Positions 53,501 to 64,000 of a DNA stretch of 64,000 nucleotides are shown piece by piece (position 1 is the first letter of the stretch; each line of letters starts with the position of its first letter). The stretch is from assembly GCA_030141605.1 (NCBI GenBank), contig JAQGDQ010000002.1:1922001-1986000 (forward strand), read 5' to 3'. Source of the stretch: Tubiluchus corallicola (Eukaryota; Animalia; Priapulida). The translations under genes and the position numbers were made by a program. The notes under the pieces are model-generated. The model was not told where the DNA came from, ran no database searches, and saw nothing but the letters and a program-made list of their open reading frames with translations.

Positions 53501-54613
53501 TCTACAAGTATTTGTGTTTTGTGTATTAGTGCACAATCTACAATCTATGATCTAGGGCGAAACTTACCTGCTCTAGACGACATACTAATAATAACTCCAC
53601 CTTTTCCGCCTTCACTTGTGGACATGTATTTCTCTCCTAGCTTTATACCATGGACTACGGCTTTCTGAAAGACAGTTGAATCGTAAATGTTGCAATTTTG
53701 AGTTAACAATGGCAAATGGGATCACTGTTAGCAAAAATGGTGCCAATGATGGTAGCGATGTCGGAAAGGATGATTCAGAAGCAAATCACATGGATGGCGG
53801 TGGTGATGAGAACGATGGAGAAAAAACAATGATGATGGTAATGAATGATAGCCCAGAAAATAACAATTACGACGATAAGAAGATAACGTACATGTTTTAT
53901 TAAGTAAATCCATAGTGAAAAAATGTTATAAAATTTTTACATCAAATGGTCGTCTGTTACAGAAAAACTAAGCTTTTTGTACCAGATTAATTTCAATCTG
54001 CCGTTCCCATAATACATCATCCATTATGCCGGCATTATTACCAACGATATCTAATCCTCCAAACGTTTCCACCGTTTTCCTAAAAGCATCTGCAATCACA
54101 TAAAAATATAAAAGCTTCAAAAGTCCAGTGCATCATAACAAATTAACAGGTAGCAGATTTTAAAATTTGTATACTACAGACATTCCACAAGTATTTGTGC
54201 TTTGTGTATTAGTGCACAGTCTACAATCTATAATCTGTATAAAAGCAATCTTGTATGTCTGAACTTTTCACTCACTTTCTAGTTGTATGTTTGACGTCAC
54301 GTCAGCTCTAACAAACACGGTGTTTTGCTCAAAGTTATCATTTCGTTCCTTAACTGCTTTTTCAAAAGCGTTTTTGTCAATGTCCACGAGTGCAACCTGC
54401 AAATCATTACAAATATTTCGCTTTTTGTTTACAGTCAAAAACACTACGAAATAAACTTCAACCATTGGATCTGTTATAATAATTTAAGCGATAAAATCTT
54501 AAAGTAAAAAACAAACATACCTTGGCGCTTCGTTCGACTAGAGCATCACATATAGCTAACCCCAATCCTTGAGCACCTCCTGTAATTAAAGCTACCTTCC
54601 CGTCAACTTTCAT
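50475..54613 (-). CDS. HPGD: 15-hydroxyprostaglandin dehydrogenase [NAD+]-like SDR, complete 7-exon gene (253 aa)
   Basis: Hand-spliced join complement(54521-54613,54276-54396,53983-54089,53568-53664,51745-51824,50775-50935,50475-50577) = 93+121+107+97+80+161+103 = 762 nt. All introns are GT-AG and the frame is open from ATG to TAA. Motifs: TGGAQGLG (TGxxxGxG), Asp at the end of beta2 (VALVD, NAD preference), DVT, NNAG, catalytic Ser (MSS), YNATK (YxxxK), and NCLCP. Intron phases 0,1,0,1,0,2 match my recollection of human HPGD. Strict orthology versus family paralog is not established. Confidence 0.93.
50775..50935 (-). CDS. HPGD: HPGD-like exon 6 (HPDYWTETGIRYNCLCPHLANTELQYMKGKLLRDSHNEKWEEFRASLAPEDFV)
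   Basis: Acceptor TAATAG|, GIRxNxLCP..NT motif, donor CA|GTAAGC, phase 0 to 2. Confidence 0.9.
51745..51824 (-). CDS. HPGD: HPGD-like exon 5 (GLKPWFPYTGVYNATKSGVVSITKSYG)
   Basis: Acceptor TTTTTCACTAG|, catalytic YxxxK, donor GGA|GTAAGT. Confidence 0.92.
51911..52489. mobile_element. Tc1/mariner (pogo/Tigger-like) non-autonomous element in HPGD-like intron 4, 579 bp
   Basis: 26-bp TIRs CAGTAGGCGCCACTTAATAGACTCAC / GTGAGTCTATTAAGCGGCGCCTGCTG (2 mismatches), TA on both sides, subterminal GAGTCWATTA repeats. Confidence 0.88.
53568..53664 (-). CDS. HPGD: HPGD-like exon 4 (KAVVHGIKLGEKYMSTSEGGKGGVIISMSSRA)
   Basis: Acceptor CTTTCAG|, YMS..GG.GG.II.MSS signature, donor CAG|GTAAGT, 97 nt. Confidence 0.94.
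53983..54089 (-). CDS. HPGD: HPGD-like exon 3 (NAFRKTVETFGGLDIVGNNAGIMDDVLWERQIEINL)
   Basis: Acceptor TTGCAG|, NNAG motif, donor CTG|GTACAA, 107 nt. Confidence 0.93.
54276..54396 (-). CDS. HPGD: HPGD-like exon 2 (VALVDIDKNAFEKAVKERNDNFEQNTVFVRADVTSNIQLE)
   Basis: Acceptor TTTGCAG|, donor A|GTGAGT, phase 0 to 1. Confidence 0.93.
54521..54613 (-). CDS. HPGD: HPGD-like exon 1 (MKVDGKVALITGGAQGLGLAICDALVERSAK)
   Basis: ATG at 54613, Rossmann glycine motif, donor AAG|GTATGT. Confidence 0.95.
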
Positions 54614-55184
54614 GATGCTTTGCTGACAATAGTTCGACGTTGTCAGCAAATAGTAAATACCCAGGCGCAGGGCGGCATGATAGGTAACAAATTTATTTTA
54701 AATTAAAAATTAATTCTAAAATGTTCATTTCAGTATAAAACGCAGTAAGTAGCGTAATTGATGTGTTTTGCGAACTACGGCGATTTATCCCAAAACACCA
54801 CAGCAGCTATATGGCGATACTTCTTCCAGGCTATGTATGCACTAGTCAATAATAAAGTACCGTTTTGTTTGTAATGTTGTTAAACAAATGCCTTATGTTG
54901 ATATCTTAGGCCTCAGATCATCATAACCTTAGACCTATAGCTTGCATTTTGATTGTATGTAGCAGACTTGCATTCTAAATGGGCGCAAAGGTATTACTGA
55001 TGAATAACTCTATGCACATTTGCGGCATTTGTATTTAGTATATTCAAAAATATTAGTTTGAGCATAAGCATGTTTGTCTGTTTGCAATACCAACTAACAC
55101 TAAACGCCCATTTCTAGCAAAGCTTTGTCATACAAAATCTGCTAAATAATGCTATAAATGTACATTAGTGCAAAACTGAAGCTG

Positions 55185-55514
55185 AAGGGAAAAGAGAAAA
55201 AGAGAGATCGAAGAAAGGTGAGAGTGAGGGAAAGGGAGAAAACGAAAGAGGTGGGGGGAAGGAAGGAGAGAGAAAGAACGAGGGGGGAAAGAGAGACGAC
55301 AAATGAAAGGAGACATAGAGCGTGGGGAATTGAAAATAGAAAAGAGAGAGTGAGAATAGAGAAAGACAGAAAGAAAAAGAAATACAAAAAGACAGAGAGA
55401 CATTAAAAGAAGGGGTGTGTGTGTGCGTGTGCATGTGCGTGTAAGTGTGCGTGTAAGTGTGTGTGTGTGTGTGTGCGTGCGTGCGTGCGTGTGTGTGTGT
55501 GTGTGTGTGAGAGA
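55185..55514. repeat. Purine-rich tract followed by (TG/CG)n microsatellite, upstream of the HPGD-like gene
   Basis: Direct reading. Confidence 0.9.
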
Positions 55515-57365
55515 GACGGTGGTATTTTGTTCCCATTAAATAATTTCTTACATTGTTGTAACTCAGGCAAACCATGAATGCAGTTTTTTGTATTTGTATT
55601 TTATCGTTTAAAATTTACATTTTAATTACGGAAATGCGACCCAACTCTGACCCATTCCGCAGGTGTGCCAGGTGGTTTGATTAGTTCGTCTTTTAGTATT
55701 CCATTGCAAGCTTTATTATGCAATTATTGCCAGTAATGACTTTGATATGGTTAATTTTGTGTAATAAATTTTTTATCTTTTCAGAGTTTAGCACTATTTG
55801 TGTTCCAAAACGTTATTGTGAGTTCTGTAACTGTCAGCGTTTAAATTTTGACACTTTGCCCTCATAGCTGTTGTATCAGAAGAATGTCAATTGTGGTTTC
55901 AATAAAGGAACTTTTGCAAGGCATTCATTCGGCAAGCACTAATTTCAATAAACGTAATAACAGTTGAACAAAATATAATTCCTGAATTTTTTTCAGCAAT
56001 TTGTTTTAAATAACAACAATAACAACAAAAAGACGGATAGACAAAATCATGTTTTATGCACAGAAATTTTTTACCGGAAATTTTCAATAATGGAACAAAA
56101 AACAGAAATAAAATTCTCAATTCTGGCAAACGGTTGTTCAGCTATGTTTGCAAACCTTATCACCGTTTAGGGCTTTAGAGAACAAGTTTATAAAGACGTG
56201 GATTTTATGGTACAAGTCATAATGGCCGCTATCTTTCTCTCATGGATAGGTTCTCCCGGTAATACATAAAATAAAGTGTTTTATCTTGGTACCAGATTAC
56301 ATAACTCCAGAGTGTAAGAGTCTAATGAGGAATGAACAAATTTCTCGTGGTATTTATTAACTGACGTTTTGCTTATTCATTAAATTGATGAAGAAAAATA
56401 TGACAAAAAAACTGGAAATTGAGCTCGCTTTCCAGTTACATTAAACTATTATCTTGACTATATAGTTTCTCAAAGTTACCTGTTATACTAATACTTTCAA
56501 GTAGTGATGATTCTGCGCTTATTTTATTTTTTAATTTTACTGGTTTTCTGTTTACAATACAGTGACTTCTATTAGTTTAGTTAGAAATACCAATCTTAGT
56601 AGATTGTGCAGTTTTGGCGTAGTACATCATTGTTTATGTGGTGTCATCTATTTGCAAGACAGAAAAGCCATTATAATTTCCAGCTCCCTGTATCAAGAAA
56701 AGATACATCTTTGATGAAGAAAGGAAAGTGCAACTTTTGGCTTTGCTTAAGGATCTGGCGCCAATAAGGTTAAGCGATCTTAATGGGTATTCGCACTTAC
56801 GAAAAGTCACTGCATTATCTGCAATAACTATAAGCACCTGCTGGATGAGGAAGATGCAGATAACACTCACCTGTTTGTCTCACCTGTAGGATCATTATAC
56901 TGAAAAGTAATGACCTCATTTGACCGCCGCGCACGTGACGCCGACGTGAGGCACACCTCACCAAGGGATTTAAACATGATTTGAGGATAAACTATTTCTT
57001 TAGGGACTCGAGACGGACAGAAATTATTGCAGGTTCTGTAACGTTCAGTTCGAATACATGGTTTGAATACATGGTTTTGCAAGTTAAAATGCACCGAAAT
57101 GGGATTCACCTTTTTGGTTTTAATGTCCAAAACATCTCTTCTACTTGAATAAATCACAGTAGATAAGGGCGCAAGTGGCAAAACCCTTCTTAACTTCGCC
57201 TCTCTCCAGGGCAGTATTTACTCAAAAGCGACTCTTAAGGACGAATTGAGCGCAGGCAGAAGATGATCGTACAACTTGTCCGGTCTTGTCCGACTGGCGG
57301 CGTGCCAGTAGAAGCAGACTATCAGAAGTGCAACCAGACACGAGCGGACATACGCTTGAATTTAA

Positions 57366-57582
57366 CCCTCACATGTCTAAATACACAAATGCTTAAATTA
57401 AATCACCCGTTTACCCCGCCAGTGTACCGCCTTCTGCGATTGTAAAAAGAGTAACTTAAGATCAGGAAAAAAGTTTTTTATTGCACGACTGTTCAACTAT
57501 AGAAAAATTGTTAAAAACGGTTATACTTTTTTCATTAAATTAAAATACGGGACTAATTTTTAGCATTCAGGAATGGAAAGGG
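57366..57582. mobile_element. Degenerate piggyBac-like MITE
   Basis: TTAA|CCCT...AGGG|TTAA termini with imperfect extended TIR (CCCTCACATGTCTAAAT vs rc CCCTTTCCATTCCTGAAT). Confidence 0.5.
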
Positions 57583-57849
57583 TTAACAGGTGTTTTAACT
57601 AGCCTAAGGGAATCTCAAAACAGAACCAAGTGTTGCATCAACACGAATTAAATCAAACGATTAAATGATAAATATTTTGTGGAAATGTTATGGTTGTTAG
57701 ATGCAATAAATGCTATTGAGTTTTCACTTTAATGTAAACACCGCCAAAGTTCAAGGTCGTCTGAAGGATTAATGGAAAACACCTGACCATTGTAACAAAC
57801 AAACGCTTACTACCATGTTGTCTTCCAACTTCACCTATCAAACATTTGC

Positions 57850-57972
57850 AAGCAAGCAAACAAATAAGTAAGCAAACAAACAAACAAACATACAAACAAA
57901 CAACAAACAGACAGACAGACAAACAAACAAATAAACAAACAAATGAATAAAACAAACAAGAAAGCAAGCAAG
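57850..57972. repeat. Degenerate (AAAC)n tract
   Basis: Direct reading; a second tract lies at about 58258-58325. Confidence 0.8.
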
Positions 57973-59020
57973 CGTTTTTAACTATGAATACCGTACGGAT
58001 GCGGCTGTGGTTTGTGCGAACTATCATATTGAACACTTAAAGTCTTACTACGTTTGATTGTAAATAGCAGTAATATAATTTTATCTCGTACAACTCAATA
58101 AGATATTCGATATAAGTCATTGTATTTCCAATGCTGGAAATCATTACTGACCTCTTCCTGTGCTCATTTTGTATAGTTTTATCTTGCGTATATAGTTTTA
58201 CGTTCTGCACCTCTTATTTGGTTTATATAGTACAACATGTTTTGATTTAAATCTAAAATAAAATAAATAAGCAAGTAAGCAAACAGGCAAACAAACAAAA
58301 GAAACAAACAACAAACAACGTAAACAAGTATCCAAATTTACCAATTGACGAATCAGGCCGCCCAGCTAATCCAAAAAGTACGCACCGACCACCAAAAAAA
58401 CACAAAAAGGTGTTTTCAACGTTGTATTAAAGGTAATAATCTATAGCCTACACCGAGTATAACTACTTCAATAATTAACAAATTAATGCACTGTCGTACG
58501 AATGTCACTTATGTTACTTGTTAATGACGGTTAATTGTAATTCAGTCGTCCTACAGTGTAATCAGGAATTTAAAATTGCGCTTAACGACTCTGTAATTTT
58601 CCATTATTGCCTTTTAACGCAAAATAATGTAATTTCAGCTGCATATTAAGCCTTAAGCGTTCGCACTTCACTTTAAGAACAATTGTAGTCCCAAGTGATC
58701 GCCACCCATTTTACAAAGTTTTTCTATTTTGTCCACAATTTTGTTTATTCCGCGAATGCGATAGAGATCTTAACTAAGCAAACAATTATATTGCCTTTTT
58801 TGTAATATCGTACTTATGATTACAAGCACAAAAATCTCTAGCCTCCTGTTCTCTTAATTCCGGTTTGTTAGGGTTGTAGTTATAACACGTAAATGCATTT
58901 TGTAACTGCAGATTTCACACACGGGAAGGAATTTTCCTGCAAATTGTCTCATTAAAAAGCAATTAAGACCTCATTACAAAGGCGTGTGTAAAAACGCGAT
59001 GAGTTAAGACTAGCGGTCTG

Positions 59021-59490
59021 ATTCATTCATTCATTCATTTATTCATTCATTCATTCATTCATTCATTCATTCATTCATTCATTCATTCATTCATTCATTC
59101 ATTCATTCATTCATTCATTCGTTCATTCATTCATTCGTTTATTCTATTATCCGTAAATTCAATTCATTCATATATTCATTTTTTCGTTTATTTAGCTAGC
59201 TAGCCAGCCAGCCAGACAGCCAGTCAGTCAGTCAGTCAGTCAGTCAGTCAGTCAGTCAGTCAGTCAGTCAGTCAGTCAGTCAGTCAGTCAGTCAGTCAGT
59301 CAGTCAGTCAGTCAGTCAGTCAGTCAGTCAGTCAGTCAGTCAGTCAGTCAGTCAGTCAGTCAGTCAGTCAATCAGTCAGTCAGTCAGTCAGTCAGTTTGT
59401 CTGTCTGTCCATCAACAAGACAGCCCACCGTCATTCAGTCATTCAGTCGATCAGGCAGTCAGTTAGTCAGTCAGTCAGCCAGTTTGTCAG
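59021..59490. repeat. Compound (ATTC)n and (CAGT)n tetranucleotide array
   Basis: (ATTC)n 59021-59135, (CAGT)n 59221-59395, degenerate flanks. Confidence 0.97.
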
Positions 59491-61559
59491 TCGCCAGTTA
59501 CCCAGCTTGTTAATTAGAAATACTTGTTGCATAAAATACTTGGTGAATTGAGAAAATCATGTAATTTTGTACATGCTTGTAAGAGTTATAATAATAATCC
59601 ATCTCCAGTACAAAAGCTGCATGTGAGAAAATAGTAGGACAATGCCCAGTACTACTACCCACAGTCATCATTACCGTGATATTTGTGCTGAGCACGTGCA
59701 GCGATCTATCACCATCTTGGGATGTTTTTATAGAGTTTGTTTGCAAATAGATTTAGCCCTTCATTTGGTGGGCAGATTTGTCAGGGCGGGAATGTTGTGA
59801 CAGGACAGCAAATGCTATAAAACCAAAACTACTACAGATTGTACCTTCTTGCTGCTTTAAAAACTAAACAAATAATTATAAAAGGTCTTTTTGCTAATTA
59901 AGGTGATCTAACGTGATCATAATTTACAGTATATAATAATTTTCAGTCGAGTTTTACAGTCGAATCTAGTACAGATTTAGACCAATCTCAAACTCGCACG
60001 CGGCTGTTCTTTACTTGAATCCAAGAATCTTGTTTTTTCGTCTTTTCAAGGTACGTTGCAGTGTGAAATGGATAAATTTCAAACTGTGCAACCATGCGAG
60101 GAAATGTCCAGAATGACAGCAAAGCGCCTTATTATGTTAATGGTGCGGCAAGATCGGAACGTACTTGTGATCGTGAAAGAATATATATTGAGCCAGTCTC
60201 AAACACATTTGGTTTTTTAACTGTGTATGCGTCCTCTCTTAACGAGTGAATTAGCTACAGATGAAATCGTCAGCCATCCTCTAGTTAGCCAACCCAGCGT
60301 TGCTAAACTTTGATCTCCAAGCAATCTCAAAATTGTCAGTAAAAAAGAAACAAAATTGAAGAAGGAAAAGGAAACAAATAAAAAGAACAATGAAAGATTT
60401 TCAGTGGTTATTCTAGCACTTGATCTCTAAATAACACTCCTTTTATAAGTTAAATTCATTTTTTCATTAATGGCGCGTTTTTCTTGTCTTGAGGTGGCGA
60501 CAACGCATCATTATCACCGTGTGCGTGGTTTGTTTACTGTTTCAATAATAAACTTGTCATATAGTAAGACAGCGCCGCTTGTCTAGGGCTCATATAAATA
60601 TAGTCCGGGTTTAAATCGACGTGTCCGAAATACTAGCCGATTTTCGTCTCCCTGGACTGGATTGCTTTACACCACATGCTATGTGCAAGTGGCAGAAGAA
60701 GCCAGACTAATGGTAGTGGTTGACTTTTAGCAGGCTAGATTTGTAGCGACGAGCATGCTGAAGCTTGTTATTTTAATAATGGTACATATTATATCTTAGT
60801 GCATTTAGTATTTAAATTAGTAAGACAAACTAATAAGAAAGGTATAATCAAAGCAGCGCCCAATTAGAACCTAGTCTAAATATAATACTGTTCGTATTAA
60901 AGAGAAAATTATGCTGTTTACTGTAAAGCAAAAGCCGTTGTCACAGATACGGCAAAAAGTGCAGTAAACAGACTTTTAATCTTTCCATTTAACGTTCTCG
61001 CCGATATTAAATGATTACCAGACCTAATCTTAAACTATAGCTCAAAACAATCCACTCTTTAAAATATTGAAAAGGAAAAAACATTTTTTCCAGAGTGACT
61101 TGAGTAAAATAATTTTTACCACGGTTTCGCGGCTAGTTCTTCACTGTCACACGCAATTCGCCATTTCAAGTGCTAGTTAGATGAGTATCTCGGAAATGCG
61201 TGCACCTTAAACAGGCGCTGTACCTCTCAATTCAAATGTGTTCAGTTGTGATGCAGTGCACACGTTCGAGAACTCATGCGTGAGCACGGCGGCAAATTTG
61301 AATTTTAAACTGAAAAGTGGCGAGTTTTTGTACATATCATATTAAATACCTCACTGTACTTCAATTTTCGGTTTCGCAAATACATACAACCCGCTCATTA
61401 ATTTTTTAGCAAATGTTAATTAATTTTTTAGCAAATTATTTATTGATCAAAAACGTTTTGGCATTATTGTTGTGTTAAAATGTATATTTTTATCAAATTG
61501 GATTGAAGTTTGCACTTTTTACTATGAATTTATTTTCACCAACATTATATAATCATCAT

Positions 61560-61865
61560 CAGACAATTAATCAAAAATCAGTCAGTCGACCAGGTAACTG
61601 GTCAGTTGGTCGGTCGGTCACTCAGTCAATCAAACATTCAATCAATAAATTATTAAATCAATCAATCAAGCAACCAACCCAATCAATCAATAAATCAACC
61701 AATCAATTAATCAACGAACTAACCAACCAAAGAAGCAACTAGTCAATCAGTCAGTCAATTAATCAATCATTCACTGATTCAATCAGTCAAACAAATAATC
61801 AGTCAGTCAAATGAGCCTCAGTCGGTCGTTCGGTTTGTCGATCAACCAACCATTTAACAAACAAA
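61560..61865. repeat. Degenerate tetranucleotide tract (CAAT/CAGT/CAAC)
   Basis: Direct reading. Confidence 0.75.
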
Positions 61866-62914
61866 CATCTTACGAGTAAATGTACTTAAAAATTGCCTGA
61901 AATCATTGCATGAAAATGAAGTCGTCCAATCGCTTTGAATCCAATCTCAAAGTAAACACGAGAAAGAAAATCTTTACGAAATTTTCAAGCAACTACGACC
62001 ACACTATGCGAATTTAGAAATTAAAAGTTATTAATTTTTAATTAACTAAAAGACGAACTGAAAAACGTTCTTTAGTGTTATTGCGCGTGACCATATTGTC
62101 AGGAAGTCAGGAATGTTTAAAGGTATATTGTAGGCCTATATACAGAATTTGCAGTTACCTGTCCGGCTGTCACTGAGGTTTGCTGGGCAGGTTTCCAGAT
62201 AACGGTCATCATTTCACGTGTATGAACTGAAGCCCTCCATACAACGCATGCGACAGACGTGACGAATGCGTCAGAGTAGCACGCGTTATACTGAATACAT
62301 GTAGGCACGTGTTCGAGAAACAGCAATTTCCAAAACATTTTCTTGCTATCAAGGAACAGATGGATGTAACATAAAAATGATGTGCGGCTCAGAATCAGGC
62401 TTGCATGAAAAACAGCAAATGTGATATACTATAAATTTCTCAACTTCATTTCAAATTTATAATTTTGCGTGTAATCATTCGTCACCACGGATGGTAGTTC
62501 TTCAGTAGGTAGTTAGTATTTCACTAGCGAGATTTATTTTCATAACGGGATTTTGAGATACGAAACAAAGTTTGCTATAGTAATCCCTAATTACGGAGAT
62601 TGTCATCTTAAAAGGAAAATGATCAATACTGCACTCGTATTATGCGTGTCACATACAAACCAAGCCTAGTAAATCTCAATCACGTAATATACTGTTTTTG
62701 TTGAAGAATTCGGATATCCGTTTCTTAAAAATGTTTTAAAAGAAATGAATAGAAAAACGCAAAACTAATGTAGTTATTGGTAAACATTTTAAAATGCCTT
62801 TAAATTGTCATTACACGCTACGAATATAGTTAAGTCCCTTTTAACTAGACTAGAATTCAAGACAATGAAATTTCCAATGGGTTATAAACTGTGCGAAATG
62901 GATTTGGCGTCATG

Positions 62915-62966
62915 TGATTTTTCAGTCGAGTGACTCGACTAAAATCAAAAATCACTACTTTCTAGG

Positions 62967-63000
<34 letters not shown>

Positions 63001-63300
63001 ATCGTCGTCGTCGTCGCCGTAATCGTTGTCGCTGCGGTTGCCGTTGTTATAGTTGTTGTCGTTGTTTTTGTTCTTGTTGTTTTGAGATGGCCTTTTGAAG
63101 AAACTTAAAGCTCCGTGAATTTGCAATGGATCGTCATGAAACTTGACAGGAACATTAAAACGAATTCTGCAGCGACAGAAAAAGTTAATTAGGTTGTCGA
63201 TCCGCTATTGTGAGTTCAAGATAGCGACAAAACATATACGTTGTGCGTATATGACGTCATGTAATGGCGCCGTCGAAACAGTATTGCGGGTGGTTTAAAA
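62915..63300. mobile_element. Helentron/DINE-like non-autonomous element (tentative)
   Basis: T-run plus AGTCGAGTGACTCGACT hairpin, internal (GTT)n microsatellite, then a GATCGTCATGAAACTTG core; this layout resembles HINE/DINE-1 elements. The right boundary is unclear. Confidence 0.4.
62968..63082. repeat. (GTT/GTC)n microsatellite
   Basis: Direct reading; explains the poly-V ORF. Confidence 0.93.
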
Positions 63301-64000
63301 TGAAAACAAACAGAAATCCTTTCAACGCGAATACGATATATGCATAAAATAGCTATAAAGTAATATAATTTTTTAAGGAGACTTTTTTGAAATCTACTTC
63401 AGGTACCTTTTTTCTTGTCCTTTAAAGGTAAATCTGCGAACGCATACACTAGAACAAATTTCGCGTCTGTTAGCGGAGCCAGATTTTTGAACCTCAATCC
63501 TCGAACATTCGGAAATTTCATGACTGAACAGTGGCATGTATAGGTGATTTGAAAATCTGTTCACGATCCTGATATTCGGGATTAGGCAATCGTAGAATTG
63601 AGTCTTAGTTATCCGTAATTGCGTCGACACGGAAAAGGGAAAGCTACATAAAAATTCACCTCTTAAGAGTTATAAGTGCCTCGCGGAAAAACAAATCTAG
63701 GTAAAGAGATATTATACTTACTAAATAGTAATTAAGGAATATTAACTGATATTTAGTAAATAAGGAATTGGCTTAAGGAATCTATAATATACACACCTAA
63801 AAATTTTTAAGAAAAACATTTTTAAAGCAACTGCATTTTATATAAAAATAACTACATGTACACATATGTCAAATATACATAAATATTTATAACATAGGCC
63901 ACCTTTCCGAACAGGAAAGACTTTAAATATACAAAAGTAGCTATTTGTAACTTGGCTTTAGCATAAAATGATCTTCAACGTTTCATATGTTTTCTGAATT

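Noticed and set aside
53616-53903. Acidic plus-strand ORF within the HPGD-like gene
   Set aside because: Degenerate GAT-type repeat in intron 3, partly antisense to exon 4
55142-55575. Four overlapping low-complexity ORFs
   Set aside because: Purine tract plus (TG)n repeat; not protein-like

Overview
AT-rich, intron-rich animal genomic DNA, most consistent with an invertebrate; the organism cannot be determined from the sequence. It is not prokaryotic: there are no operons or CRISPR arrays, and almost every entry in the ORF track is spurious or microsatellite-derived. One complete spliced gene could be assembled by hand: a minus-strand 7-exon NAD+-type short-chain dehydrogenase of the 15-hydroxyprostaglandin dehydrogenase (HPGD) family (54613..50475, 762-nt CDS, 253 aa), with the intron phases I recall for human HPGD. 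A probable terminal coding exon of an unidentified plus-strand gene lies at 10071-10253, followed by a long U-rich 3'UTR-like region. The rest is non-coding. It contains a decayed, 3'-truncated U1 snRNA copy (47903-48027), hAT, Tc1/pogo and piggyBac-type MITEs with visible TIRs/TSDs, RTE-X-like, L2/CR1-like and Penelope-like retroelement relics, tRNA-derived SINE-like heads, microsatellites, local tandem duplications, and many homeodomain/TALE-motif-rich blocks suggestive of a developmental regulatory landscape. I found no clear-cut novel system. The best leads are the orphan terminal exon with its surrounding gene desert, a pre-miRNA-like hairpin at 40486-40556, a perfect inverted repeat just upstream of the HPGD-like ATG, a 66-bp repeat bracketing an in-frame exon pair, and AG|GT (recursive-splice-like) sites.
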